DNA of 63,876 nucleotides, counting the filler, from Octopus bimaculoides (taxonomy: Eukaryota), in the NCBI RefSeq assembly GCF_001194135.2. It is 5 parts of 4 records of this genome, joined end to end, with 100 filler letters (N's around TTAATTAATTAA, not from the genome) between each part and the next. Parts side by side here need not be neighbours in the genome. Positions count along the whole stretch, not along the records: positions 45,993 to 62,489 come from NC_068986.1; positions 62,590 to 63,876 come from NW_026368135.1; 3 more parts are not named here. One strand, 5' to 3'. The notes under the pieces are model-generated. The model did no database searches. It was not told the DNA's origin and saw only the letters and a program-made list of their open reading frames with translations. Positions 52,201 to 63,876 of the stretch are shown one piece after another. A program made the position numbers and the translations under genes. Each line of letters opens with the position of its first letter. The first letter of the stretch is position 1.

Positions 52201-53010
52201 NNNNNNNNNNNNNNNNNNNNNNNNNNNNNNNNNNNNNNNNNNNNNNNNNNNNNNNNNNNNNNNNNNNNNNNNNNNNNNNNNNNNNNNNNNNNNNNNNNNN
52301 NNNNNNNNNNNNNNNNNNNNNNNNNNNNNNNNNNNNNNNNNNNNNNNNNNNNNNNNNNNNNNNNNNNNNNNNNNNNNNNNNNNNNNNNNNNNNNNNNNNN
52401 NNNNNNNNNNNNNNNNNNNNNNNNNNNNNNNNNNNNNNNNNNNNNNNNNNNNNNNNNNNNNNNNNNNNNNNNNNNNNNNNNNNNNNCACCACCACCACCA
52501 CCACCACCACCTACAGCAACAACGACAAATAAACATCATTACTACAATTATGACAATCATTGTCATAGTCATTATCCCCCCCCCACCCAGCACAAGAAAC
52601 GGCACAGTAACCATAACCACTACGGCATCAGCATCACCACCACCACCATTTGCCAACAACTACTACCAACACCACAACCACCACCAATACCACCGCTATC
52701 GCTACCAACACCATCATTACCAGCAGCATCGCTTTCATCATCATCAGCAGCAGCATTTTCATCATCATCATCATCATCGCAACCACTACTACTACCACCA
52801 CTGTTACCATGACCACTACACTAGCACTAACACGACTTCATTCATCATGTACACCGTAACCACCTTTCTCATACTTTCAACATCACCACCACCGTCATCA
52901 TCACCATCACCAGCGTCATCACCACCATCACAAAAACGACGACGACGACGACGAAGACTGCCACCACCACCACCAACACTACTACCACCGCGCCATCTCT
53001 GACACCGTTA
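49300..53010. repeat. Low-complexity (CAC/CAT/ACC)n and (CA)n island with large N gaps
   Basis: Degenerate triplet and dinucleotide repeats flank the gaps at 49982-50897 and 51684-52487. Confidence 0.9.
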
Positions 53011-53305
53011 ACATCATTCCACATTCTCCCATCAATGCAAATATACCGAATGGCTGAACAGAAAACGTCTACTAGGGAATTTAATCTACTAGAAAGGAGA
53101 GTTAAACCCCTGCAAATCACATGCTAATGCCTTTGAAGCAAAGAGAAGTCTTTAAAGAAGTAAAGTCCAGGAAAAAATAAAAGACTGGACAGTCACGACT
53201 GGAATATATCTGAACATTGGTCTGCTTGACTGGAGAATATCTGGGGCAATTGAAACTATCTACAATCCAAGGTGTTTACGCAGAAACCCCCACGTTTTCA
53301 TGTAT

Positions 53306-53693
53306 TTGTCGTGGCACTCCGTCGGTTACAACGTCGAGGGTTTCAGTTGATCCGATCAACGGAACAGCCTGCTCGTGAAATTAACGCGTAAGTGGATGTG
53401 CACTCCACAGACACGTGTACCCTTAACGTAGTTCTCGGGGAGATTCAGCGTGACACAGAATGTGGCAAAGCTGACCCTTTGAAATACAGGTACAGCAGAA
53501 GCAGGAAGAATGAGTGAGAAAAAGTTGTGGTGAAAGAGTACAGCAGGGTTCGAGACCACCCCCTGCCGGAACCTCGTGGAACTTTAAATGTTTCCGCTTA
53601 ATAAACACTCACAACGCCCGGTCTGGGAATCGAAACTGTGATCCTATGACCTTGAGTTCGCTGTCCTAACCACTGGGCCATTGCGCCACCACT
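53306..53693 (-). mobile_element. SINE family C, full length with 12-bp TSD
   Basis: The TSD gttttcatgtat lies at 53294-53305 and 53694-53705, with a tRNA-like head at the right end. Confidence 0.92.
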
Positions 53694-53944
53694 GTTTTCA
53701 TGTATAACAGGGACTAATGATACTGTTCAATGTATCTTTCATTATTTAAAACCATCAGATGTTGTTTCAGTGCGACTGGTCTGTTATTTCTAGCATATTC
53801 AGCGACCAGGTAGAGCTTTCGTTTTTGGAAACCAGTGGAGTGTATCAATCGTAAATGACAGGTCGCGGTTCTGCAAATTCTTGCTGGGCAACCTGCACAG
53901 TTGGTTCGTTTCTTGTGATCAAATTGATTGCTTGTACAGATGAA

Positions 53945-54101
53945 TGGCATGTCATATATCAAGATATTCGAATGATCACACAACAACCTTAAATGAAGTG
54001 TTTTGTTCCAGAACACAACACACCTCCCGGTTCAGGAATCGAAACTGCAGTCTTACGCTCGTGAGGTGCAATCTCCTAACCACGAGGCCACGCGCCTTCA
54101 A
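53945..54101 (-). mobile_element. tRNA-headed SINE fragment
   Basis: The minus strand reads gaaggcgcgtggcctcgtggttaggagattgcacctcacgagcgtaagactgcagtttcgattcctgaacc (A/B boxes). Confidence 0.7.
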
Positions 54102-54536
54102 TAATCTATACAGAAGTGCTGTATAAAAGGGCAAACATTTTGAAGTGTATTATACTCGAATGCTAGTATAGGGTAATACCATTATATCCATTGTATCGAT
54201 CTTCGATATAACGATATTTTATGCATCCTCGACCTGCCGTATTCAAACTTAACACAAGTTTGAGATCAATTATTTGATCTAATACTTTCAAAGGAATTTC
54301 GTCCTTCCTTTAGGTCCTGTGTTGAGGTACGAACATTGTTATAGCAATGTTGATTGTAAAGTAGAGATTGTCAGAATATTTGATATTCGTTGGAATTTTC
54401 TTGAGCGCGCGGGAGAAATAGCATTAAGTTCCTGGTATATAAGAAGCGTTAACTCAATTTTACTTTTTTTTTCACTAACGCATTTGCATTTCCCTGCCTT
54501 GGGCTCTCAACTTCTAATGAAGTAGGTAAGCTGTCA

Positions 54537-54617
54537 TTATCCATAACGCCGCATGTCAAGCATCCCGAATTCTGGCGTAGCCCACCACTCTTCGGGTCTG
54601 ACCATAGCCAAGTTCTC
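54537..54617 (-). CDS. Candidate host coding exon, gene unidentified
   Basis: The acceptor tctgtctgcacgtttgctttctctttag is followed by a GC-balanced unique segment. Frame 0 reads ENLAMVRPEEWWATPEFGMLDMRRYG*. The true frame is not established. Confidence 0.35.
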   Translation of the reverse strand, partial: ENLAMVRPEEWWATPEFGMLDMRRYG

Positions 54618-54879
54618 CTAAAGAGAAAGCAAACGTGCAGACAGAAAATCCTCCAGTGCAAACCAACCAGTCGAAACGCGCATCTAACAAACAGTGACCA
54701 CACCGAAAATAACAACAACAAGGAAAACAACAAGAAGATCAACAACAACAAAGCTAATAAATAAATACAAAATAACGAGATAAACTTTCGTTATTAGTCA
54801 GCTGTATCGACTAAAACGATCGGATAGAGGGACCTCGAAAAAGATCTGTCTGTATCTATTTCAGAAATAACTACGACAC

Positions 54880-55329
54880 TGACGACGGCGGCGGCGGCGA
54901 TTACGACGACGACGATGACGACGACAACAACAACAACAACAACAACAATAGTGAATATAACATCAACGGAAAGATGAACGATAGCAAAGCAAGGAATCCG
55001 GTAACAAGGACGACAATGTCATCTACGGTAATATCATCTGAAACATCAATGAAACAGAAACAACCAGGGAGCCTTTACGCTATTACTCGAACGGCTAGAA
55101 ACAACAGCTATATTTTCTTTTAGTCAAAACCTTGAAGAAAATAAGCAAAAGGGTCACATTCAATAATGTACTCCTAGTTACACTGTGTCCAATCTGAATG
55201 CTGGGCTGTTTTTAATCATAGGTCGGCTCGACCGTTTCTGACCTACGGATAAACAATAACGGTACTGGCAAGAACGACGACGACGGTGACGATGACGATG
55301 ACGACGATGACGACGGCGAGGACAACATC

Positions 55330-55366
<37 letters not shown>

Positions 55367-55368
55367 GC

Positions 55369-55401
<33 letters not shown>

Positions 55402-55531
55402 AAAAACAACAACAACAACAACAATAACAATTCTTGCAGTACCGTGAACATCCGTCAAACACCATAAATGAATCCACTGGAAATTTACAATATCAAAAAA
55501 AAAAAAAAAATCGTGAGCAACAACAACGACA

Positions 55532-55572
<41 letters not shown>

Positions 55573-55777
55573 ATCTGCTGCTGCTGCTGCTGCTGTTGTC
55601 TCTGCTGTTGCTGGTATGCGCGTGAAACAGAGAAGGATAATAGGAATTACCAGAAAGGTTTCAAAGATCGACAGAAAAAAAAAATTGTAGCTGAATCACA
55701 GCAATAACAACAACAAGGCATTATCTTCCATAACAAATACCACATCAACACATCCTCTCTCTCCTGACACCCTCCCT

Positions 55778-55835
<58 letters not shown>

Positions 55836-56146
55836 CACTACCAGTACTATTACTACTTCTAGGGCCGAAATGCTACACGGGATTATTCCACATGCTAGAA
55901 ATAGGAAGTAAATCTGCCTTAGCTCACACATACAATCGTCTTGAATAAAAAAAGAATAAAAAATTCTAAAAAAATGAAAAGGAAAAAGAAATTCGTTGGA
56001 GGATAATAACCATTGTTAGCCATGAAATAGAGGAAGGTCACGGCTGGAAGGCTCCAGATCGTATGTCTGTTTCATGAAGGTATTTCCATGGACTTTGATA
56101 ATCGGAAATTCCATCAACACAACGACCAATAACAGCAAAATAAACG

Positions 56147-56217
<71 letters not shown>

Positions 56218-56310
56218 CACTACTGCTGCTGCTGCTACTGCTGCTGCTACTGCTGCTGCTACTGCTGCTGCTACTGCTGCTGCTACTACCACTACTGCTG
56301 CTGCTGCTGT

Positions 56311-56350
<40 letters not shown>

Positions 56351-56352
56351 GA
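54880..56352. repeat. Compound trinucleotide microsatellite cluster (GAC, AAC, ACT, GCT, CAC)
   Basis: Direct reading; this cluster is the source of the homopolymeric ORFs in the track. Confidence 0.95.
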
Positions 56353-56857
56353 TAAAGCAGTGTTTATAACAGCGTCGAGAGCTCCTACAATCTTTATTAT
56401 CAAATACAATAAGTACAACATGCGCCATTAGGACAGTATTCAGAGATTCATCACAAAACACAAAATAACAACAACAACAACAACACAAACAACAGCAACG
56501 ACGCCGATGACGACAACAGACGTTATAATAATAACAGAAATGTTGAACAACAAAACATAAAAAAAAACTAATATAAAATAAACAAAGGCATAAATAAGTA
56601 AATAAATAAATGATATTCACAACAGTATAAAAACAAACAAACAACACAATTAATGAGAACAGCCGGGTAAATCCCTGAAAACGGCAACCACGCCGCTCAC
56701 TGTCCCCTTCCGGTAGCCATTGTGACAATGTCCCTTTCACTATTTCTAATGTCTTACTCCAGCATTGTCGGTCCTACACTCTTTCGCTTCTCATTCTTTC
56801 CATTCCTTGTTTGTTTTTTTAATTCTCATTCTCGCTTCGATTTCTTTCTTTCTCTCT

Positions 56858-56892
<35 letters not shown>

Positions 56893-57469
56893 TCTCGTTT
56901 TTCTCTTTCTTTCTCTCTAAATATGTGTGTGTGTATGTGCGTGTAAGTGTGTGTCTGTCTGTGTGTCTGTGTGTTTGTGTGTCTGTGTGTCTGTATGTAT
57001 GCATTTGTATGTTTGTATGTGTATGTATGCATGTATGTATGTATGTATGTATGTATGTATCTATCTATCTATCTATCTATCTATCTACCTCTATCTTTGT
57101 GTGTGTGTGCATGCGGGCGTGTGTATGTGTGTCTGTACGTGTGCATGCATCTGTGTTTGTAACCCTTTGTGTGTATATATCTACACATATACATGTCTAT
57201 ATATATACGCAGATTAATAGACTGGTGCGTAAAAAATATATAAAACAGATGAAGAAAGGTATATTAAATACCGTACTGGAAAATTTTTCATATACTGAAA
57301 CTGTATTCACTTCGAAAGAACGTAATCAAACACCTAGCGACATTTGCAACCAACTCCAAAAGAGAAGATTTAATTACAACAAGGAATCAATAATCAATCT
57401 CATGGAATAATTTGAAATTTAGGCACAGGCAATATTCATCATTTCGAGGTCGATATTTCATACTTTCAG

Positions 57470-58045
57470 CATCGATGTTACATCTTTTCGGGGTTGATAG
57501 ATTAAGTACCAGTGAAATACTGGGTCTATGTAATCAATTAGTTCCCTTTCCCTAAAATTTCAGGCTTTGTGCCTGTAGTAGAAAGGATTACTATTATTCT
57601 TTTCTACTCCAGGCACAAAGCCCATAATTTTTGGGGAGGGGAGCCAGTCAATTAGATTGACCCCAGTACGCAACTGGTACTTAATTTATCGACTCCCGAG
57701 AGGATGAAAGGCAATGTCGACCTCGGCGGAATTTGAACTCAGAACGTAAAAGACAGACGAAATATCGCTAAGCATTTCGCCCGGTGTGCTAAAGTTTCTC
57801 CCCGTTCACGGCCTTAAGGATTACTATTATTATCAAGGTGAGGAGCTAGCAGAATCATTAGATGTCCGGACAAAATTCTTAGTAACATTTCGACCGTATT
57901 TACGCTCTGGGTTCAAATTCCGCCGAGGTCGACTGTGCCTTTCATCCTTTCGGGGTTGATAAGTACCAGTGAAGCGCTGGGGTTGATGAAATCGGCTAGT
58001 CCCCTTCTACCAAATTTCAGGTCTTGTGCCTTTAGTAGAAAGTGT
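57470..58045. mobile_element. Three SINE family A copies in +/-/+ orientation
   Basis: A plus-strand 3' half at about 57470-57598, a minus copy at about 57596-57795, and a plus copy at about 57836-58045. Confidence 0.85.
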
Positions 58046-58578
58046 GTGTATTTTTACAAATTCAAATAGAGTTCACAACCGTGGAAATGAGTAAATATGT
58101 GTATATCACAGATTTTATATATACAGCATGTTAAGGCGCCGAGCTGGCAGAAGTGTTATCACGCCGGACAAAATGCTTTGTGTTATTTCGTCCGTCTGTC
58201 TATATATAACAAGCTTCTTTCAATTTCTGATTACCAAATCAACTCACAAGTCTTTGGTCGCCCCAGGACTATAGTAGAAGTCACTTGCCCAAGGAACCAA
58301 GCTGTTGAACTTAACCAAGAACTATGTGGCTGCAGAGCAAACTTTTCATGACACGGCCATTTGGTTGACATTAATATGTGAGCGTTTGGCCCAATCGGAT
58401 GCGCAAGGAGCCGTGTTAGCGTTCATTTGTGGGTTCAATATTGGCTGGGGTTAACTCAACATTTTCAGTCATTTCCTTGTATTTAAAAATTGTCGCTTCA
58501 AATCGGAGAATAAAAAATTAATCTGATATATTATTATACAGTTATATATATATATATATCTATATATATATATATATA

Positions 58579-58948
58579 CAGTCACAAAATGGAGAAAACC
58601 TCATGTTAACAAACACATCGATTGGACCACATTTATACCTTATTTTTTTAATACAAAGCATGGCATAAGAAATTGGTGACGTGACAAATCTTACGGCCTT
58701 TTCTGCATCCGTTGCCAAACACTGTCTATAAATAATTGCGAAAATAAAATTCCTTCATCTTTATAGGAATAAAGAATTTTATTTTCACAATTATTTATAT
58801 AGACAGCGTTTGGCAACGGATGCAGAAACGGCCGTAAGATTTTTACGTCACCCATTTCTTATGTCATGCTTTGTATTTAAAAAAAATAAGCTATAAATGT
58901 GGTCCAATCGGTGTGTTTCTTAATCTGAGGTTTTCTCCATTTTCTGAT
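58579..58948. mobile_element. Fold-back MITE with about 175-bp arms and a 15-nt spacer
   Basis: 58579-58755 is a high-identity inverted match to 58771-58948. The element starts cagtc after a (TA)n tract and is followed by TA. Confidence 0.9.
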
Positions 58949-59531
58949 TATTTGTATTTGATTCCTCTTGTTTATCCTGTTACCTGCACTCTACGTGCAT
59001 AGTGTACCTTCACACCAGTGCCCGGGGATAACACTGGTAACGGATACCGATCGTACATACGGATATTTTATCCCTTAGTCGGTTATTATAACCGCTAACA
59101 CTGTTTACACACATATATACATATATATATATATATATTTATATATATAGAGAGAGAGATGTACGTATTGTACATGTATATATTAGCCATTTTAGTATTA
59201 CGAACTGAGGGGAGGTTCACCTCTCCCTAGTATGGTAATGAATACTATTTCGCTTTTAAATTCTGACCAACTTCGACGTAAGTTGTCGTTGTCGTGCAGT
59301 GTATTTCATCATCTGACCTTATTTGCATTATCCCACTTGACTGATACAGACATTAAATAATATCGTAGGTGTGAGCATTGGTGTGTGGGCTGCGTGTGTG
59401 TGTGAGTATATGTGTATCTGAACGTACACATATGAGTGTGTCTGCCATCAACGCCAAATAATCCATTCTCAAAACATCTGTGCCGACTCGTCCCATTTCA
59501 TATTGGAGAACTTAAATATATATTATATTAT

Positions 59532-59577
<46 letters not shown>

Positions 59578-59734
59578 CGTAAGAGTGTGTTTTTTTGTGA
59601 GTGTGTGTGTATCTGATCGTACGCTTATGAGAGTGTCTACCATCAACGCTAAATCATCCATTGCTGAGAACAACTGCGCCGAGTCGTTCCATCCCATGTA
59701 GAGGATCTCACATGTATTATATTATATTGTGTGT

Positions 59735-59955
59735 AAGGCGGAGAGCTGGCAGAATCCTTAGCGCGTCGAGGAATATGCTTAGCGGTATTTCGCCCGTCTT
59801 TACGTTCTGAGTTCAAGTTCTGCCAAGGTTGACTTTGCTTTCCATCCTTTCTGGGTAGATAGATCAAATACAAGTTGAGTACTGGAATCGATAAAATCCA
59901 CTGTCTTTCCTCCCCACAAAATCCACCCCTTGTGCCTATAGTAGAAAAGAATATA
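59735..59955 (+). mobile_element. SINE family A
   Basis: aaggcggagagctggcagaatcc...gagttcaagttctgccaaggttgactttgctttccatcctttctggg. Confidence 0.85.
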
Positions 59956-60299
59956 TTGTGTGTATATGTGTGTGTGTACGTGTTTGTATGTATTTAGATA
60001 TGCGTGTGTGTGTGTGTGTGTAGCCAGATAGATAGAAAGAAAGATAGATATACTCATACATACATACATACATATANNNNNNNNNNNNNNNNNNNNNNNN
60101 NNNNNNNNNNNNNNNNNNNNNNNNNNNNNNNNNNNNNNNNNNNNNNNNNNNNNNNNNNNNNNNNNNNNNNNNNNNNNNNNNNNNNNNNNNNNNNNNNNNN
60201 NNNNNNNNNNNNNNNNNNNNNNNNNNNNNNNNNNNNNNNNTATTATTTTTATTATTATTATTTCCATTTTTAGTCATTAGACTGCAGCCATGACGGAGC

Positions 60300-61130
60300 A
60301 TCGCCTATCACTCTCTTGGTTCCATTTTTTCGCAGTCTCTCACTTTTTCTCTCTTTCACTCTTCCTCTCTTTCAATCAAACCTTTCTCTTCCTCTGTCAG
60401 TGCGTTGCTCTCTCTATATTTGTCTCCCTTTTGTCGCTATACCCCCTACACATTTATCTCTCCTTATTTTCTCATCTCTCTCCAGAATAAGATAATAAAA
60501 CTCTCATTTTATTCTCTCTCTCCTTCCCTCTATCTCCCCTCTCTCCTCCAGCCCTTCCTCTCAATGCCAGTTTCTTGTACACTATTCTTGTCTGACCCAG
60601 TAACCTTGTTCTTTTCCCCTATACTGCCCCCATATTTTTCCCCTCTTCTTACTTCAACTCCCACATCTTCCTCTCTTACCCTAACTTACATCGTCAACCC
60701 TTCCCACAACAACCTCACTGATTCTTACAATTTTCCCCATCTCTTCGCCTTCCTCTTCTTCCATCCCCGAACTGACTGCTTGACCTCTTCTCCCGTCCTA
60801 ACTCCTTCGAAGTCTGTCTCTCAGACTGCTTTTCTCTCTCTCTCCCTCTCTCATTGCCTCTCTCTATTTATCTCTTTTTCTTTCTCTATCTCACTCTCTT
60901 CCTCTGTATTTCGTTATTTCTGCATTTGTTCGACTGGATCTTTTATGCCATATATCTTATTCTTTATTCTTTTTCGTATTCTTCCCTACATTTCTTGCCT
61001 AACTCCATTTGCCAGACATGCTAGAACTTCCAGTCCCACACTCTCTAACACTCTCTAAAACACTTCCTTTCCCCCTTTGTCTTTCTCAACATCCTCCCTC
61101 TCTCCCTCACTCCCTCTCTTCATCCTACAC
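60300..61130 (+). repeat. About 800-bp pyrimidine-rich (CT-type) low-complexity tract
   Basis: Degenerate ctct/tctt repeats with very few G on the plus strand. Confidence 0.85.
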
Positions 61131-62174
61131 ACACACACACACACACACANNNNNNNNNNNNNNNNNNNNNNNNNNNNNNNNNNNNNNNNNNNNNNNNNNN
61201 NNNNNNNNNNNNNNNNNNNNNNNNNNNNNNNNNNNNNNNNNNNNNNNNNNNNNNNNNNNNNNNNNNNNNNNNNNNNNNNNNNNNNNNNNNNNNNNNNNNN
61301 NNNNNNNNNNNNNNNNNNNNNNNNNNNNNNNNNNNNNNNNNNNNNNNNNNNNNNNNNNNNNNNNNNNNNNNNNNNNNNNNNNNNNNNNNNNNNNNNNNNN
61401 NNNNNNNNNNNNNNNNNNNNNNNNNNNNNNNNNNNNNNNNNNNNNNNNNNNNNNNNNNNNNNNNNNNNNNNNNNNNNNNNNNNNNNNNNNNNNNNNNNNN
61501 NNNNNNNNNNNNNNNNNNNNNNNNNNNNNNNNNNNNNNNNNNNNNNNNNNNNNNNNNNNNNNNNNNNNNNNNNNNNNNNNNNNNNNNNNNNNNNNNNNNN
61601 NNNNNNNNNNNNNNNNNNNNNNNNNNNNNNNNNNNNNNNNNNNNNNNNATATAATTCTCTCTGTAAGCCCTTTTACACAACCTACTTATACTGTCCCGCA
61701 CACTTCCGTTTGTATTCTTTTTTTCTGTGTCTCACCAACTCCAACATATACAGTGTTAAAACCGAAAATAGACGTCAATGGCCAGTTTTATCGCTGATAG
61801 CTTTTGTAATGTTGACCCAGGAGAGGTCAAACATCTTGTCATTTAATTAAAAGTTGGTTAGCTGCAGCCCTTACGTTAATTACCCGAGGGCAAACGTATC
61901 GCGGGAGACTTCGCCTAGCTTCCAATCCGGACCATTGAAGCTCACATGAACACGCACACACACGTATACACACACAGACATAAAGATATAAAAACACTCT
62001 CGCATATATTTATAAATATACAATATATATAAAAGCAAATATAATTACAAACATGTTAATGTATTACACCGCCCAAATAAAGACGCTTCTCTATATTATA
62101 CAGACATACACGCATACACATACACATACATATTCGTACATGCATAATACATATATACATATAATATACATGCA

Positions 62175-62208
<34 letters not shown>

Positions 62209-62209
62209 C

Positions 62210-62450
62210 TCTTTTTACTGTTTTACTTGTTTCAGTCATTTGACTGTGGCCATGCTGGAGGACCGCCATTAGTCGAGAAAATCGACCCCAGGACTTATTC
62301 TTTGTAAGCCTAGTACTTATTCTATCGGTCTATTTTACCGAACCGCTAAGTTACGGGGACGTAAACACACCAGCATCGGTTGTCAAGCGATGTTGGTGGG
62401 GTGACAAACACAGATACACAAACACAGACACACACGCACACACACACATA
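62210..62450 (-). mobile_element. SINE family B 3' part
   Basis: gtttcagtcatttgactgtggccatgctggagg...gaaccgctaagttacggggacgtaaacacaccagcatcggttgtcaagcg. Confidence 0.9.
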
Positions 62451-63662
62451 TAAATAGAATACTATTGCGTCTGCTAGTATATATATATANNNNNNNNNNN
62501 NNNNNNNNNNNNNNNNNNNNNNNNNNNNNNNNNTTAATTAATTAANNNNNNNNNNNNNNNNNNNNNNNNNNNNNNNNNNNNNNNNNNNNGTATGTATGTA
62601 TGTATGTATGTATGTATGCATGTATGTACACACACACACGCGCGCATACGTACAGATAAACATGCGCGCGGACGAGTTTGTGTGTAGTTACTGAATGTAT
62701 TTTTCGAGTGGGGTAAATATCACATATGACATTTCGTAAATGTTGTCTGCTGCACTTTCTACCTTGTGTAACTGTGCGTGTAACTGCGTGTGTAATTGTG
62801 TGTGTGTGTGTGTCTTTGAATATTGGTTAGTGAGTATCTATTGCTTTCGCTATGAGCTGCAATACGTGCATACATGCATACATACATGTAAGTTCATATA
62901 TATATATACATATACATATGTGTACACACACACATACATACATACATATATATATACACACGTACACACGTATAAATATATGTATGTATATATGTATATA
63001 TATATATNNNNNNNNNNATATATATATATACACACACACATACATATATACATATATACACACGCACACACGTATAAATATATGTATGTATATATGTATA
63101 TATATATATATGTGCACACACATACATACACACACACATACATACATACACACATACATACATANNNNNNNNNNCATACATACACACACACATACATACA
63201 TACACACATACATACATACATAAACACATACACACATATCTGTGTGTGCCCTTTTTACTGTTATTCTTCTCGGATTTTTAAAATGCTATTTATGTTTCTT
63301 TTATTGTCGTTTTTCTTCTTTCTGTGGCTTTCGTTTTTCTTACCAACAACGACAGAATGCCTTCTTCCGTCCGTTTCGTCAATTCTTCGTTATTTCTTCT
63401 TCGTTGTTGTGTCTGTTCCAGACGCGTAATTTCTCTTTGTTGCTCCACACCGATTTCATATTATCCTATAAATACATACATACATACACACACATATACA
63501 TGTACGCACTCATGCATACCTACATACATACGTACACATACTCACCCGTATATNNNNNNNNNNCTCATGCATACCTACATACATACGTACACATACTCAC
63601 CCGTATATGGATGTATGTATGCATACGTTTGTGCATATTCTATCACAGTTTACACATCACAT

Positions 63663-63694
<32 letters not shown>

Positions 63695-63833
63695 GCATAT
63701 ATACACATTTGACCTTTTTTTGCCATTTCTTTCCATTAACCTTTCCGATATATTTACGCGTGCACAATTGTTTTTCATCCAATCGTATACAGAAACGTGA
63801 TACTTTAAAACAAAAACTATTCACTATTGCTAT

Positions 63834-63876
<43 letters not shown>

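Noticed and set aside
61860-61950. GPDWK on the minus strand, resembling a MIB/HERC2 motif
   Set aside because: The following residues do not match and there is no splice acceptor.

Overview
AT-rich, gap-ridden animal genomic DNA. The recurrent tRNA-headed SINE families and the extreme microsatellite density suggest an octopus/coleoid draft scaffold; this is an inference. No intact host protein-coding gene, rRNA, tRNA or CRISPR array can be supported, and almost every ORF in the supplied track is a microsatellite or N-gap artefact. The window is mostly transposon debris: a full-length but frameshifted Buster-type hAT element with TIRs and TSD (15832-18212); a pogo-like deletion derivative with perfect 24-bp TIRs and a PHD-like ORF (11353-12618); a mariner derivative with two inverted 5' ends nested in a TTAA MITE (46543-47437); a CR1-like LINE RT fragment; a Gypsy gag-PR-IN remnant; a Penelope RT fragment; several MITEs; and about 25 SINE copies. 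The most interesting signals are three different minimal type-I hammerhead ribozyme motifs with palindromic stem III (25884-25966 +, 33614-33651 -, 46121-46162 -), a 370-bp fold-back element, and one splice-site-supported candidate host exon (54537-54617 -). All alignments and folds were read by eye; no searches were run.
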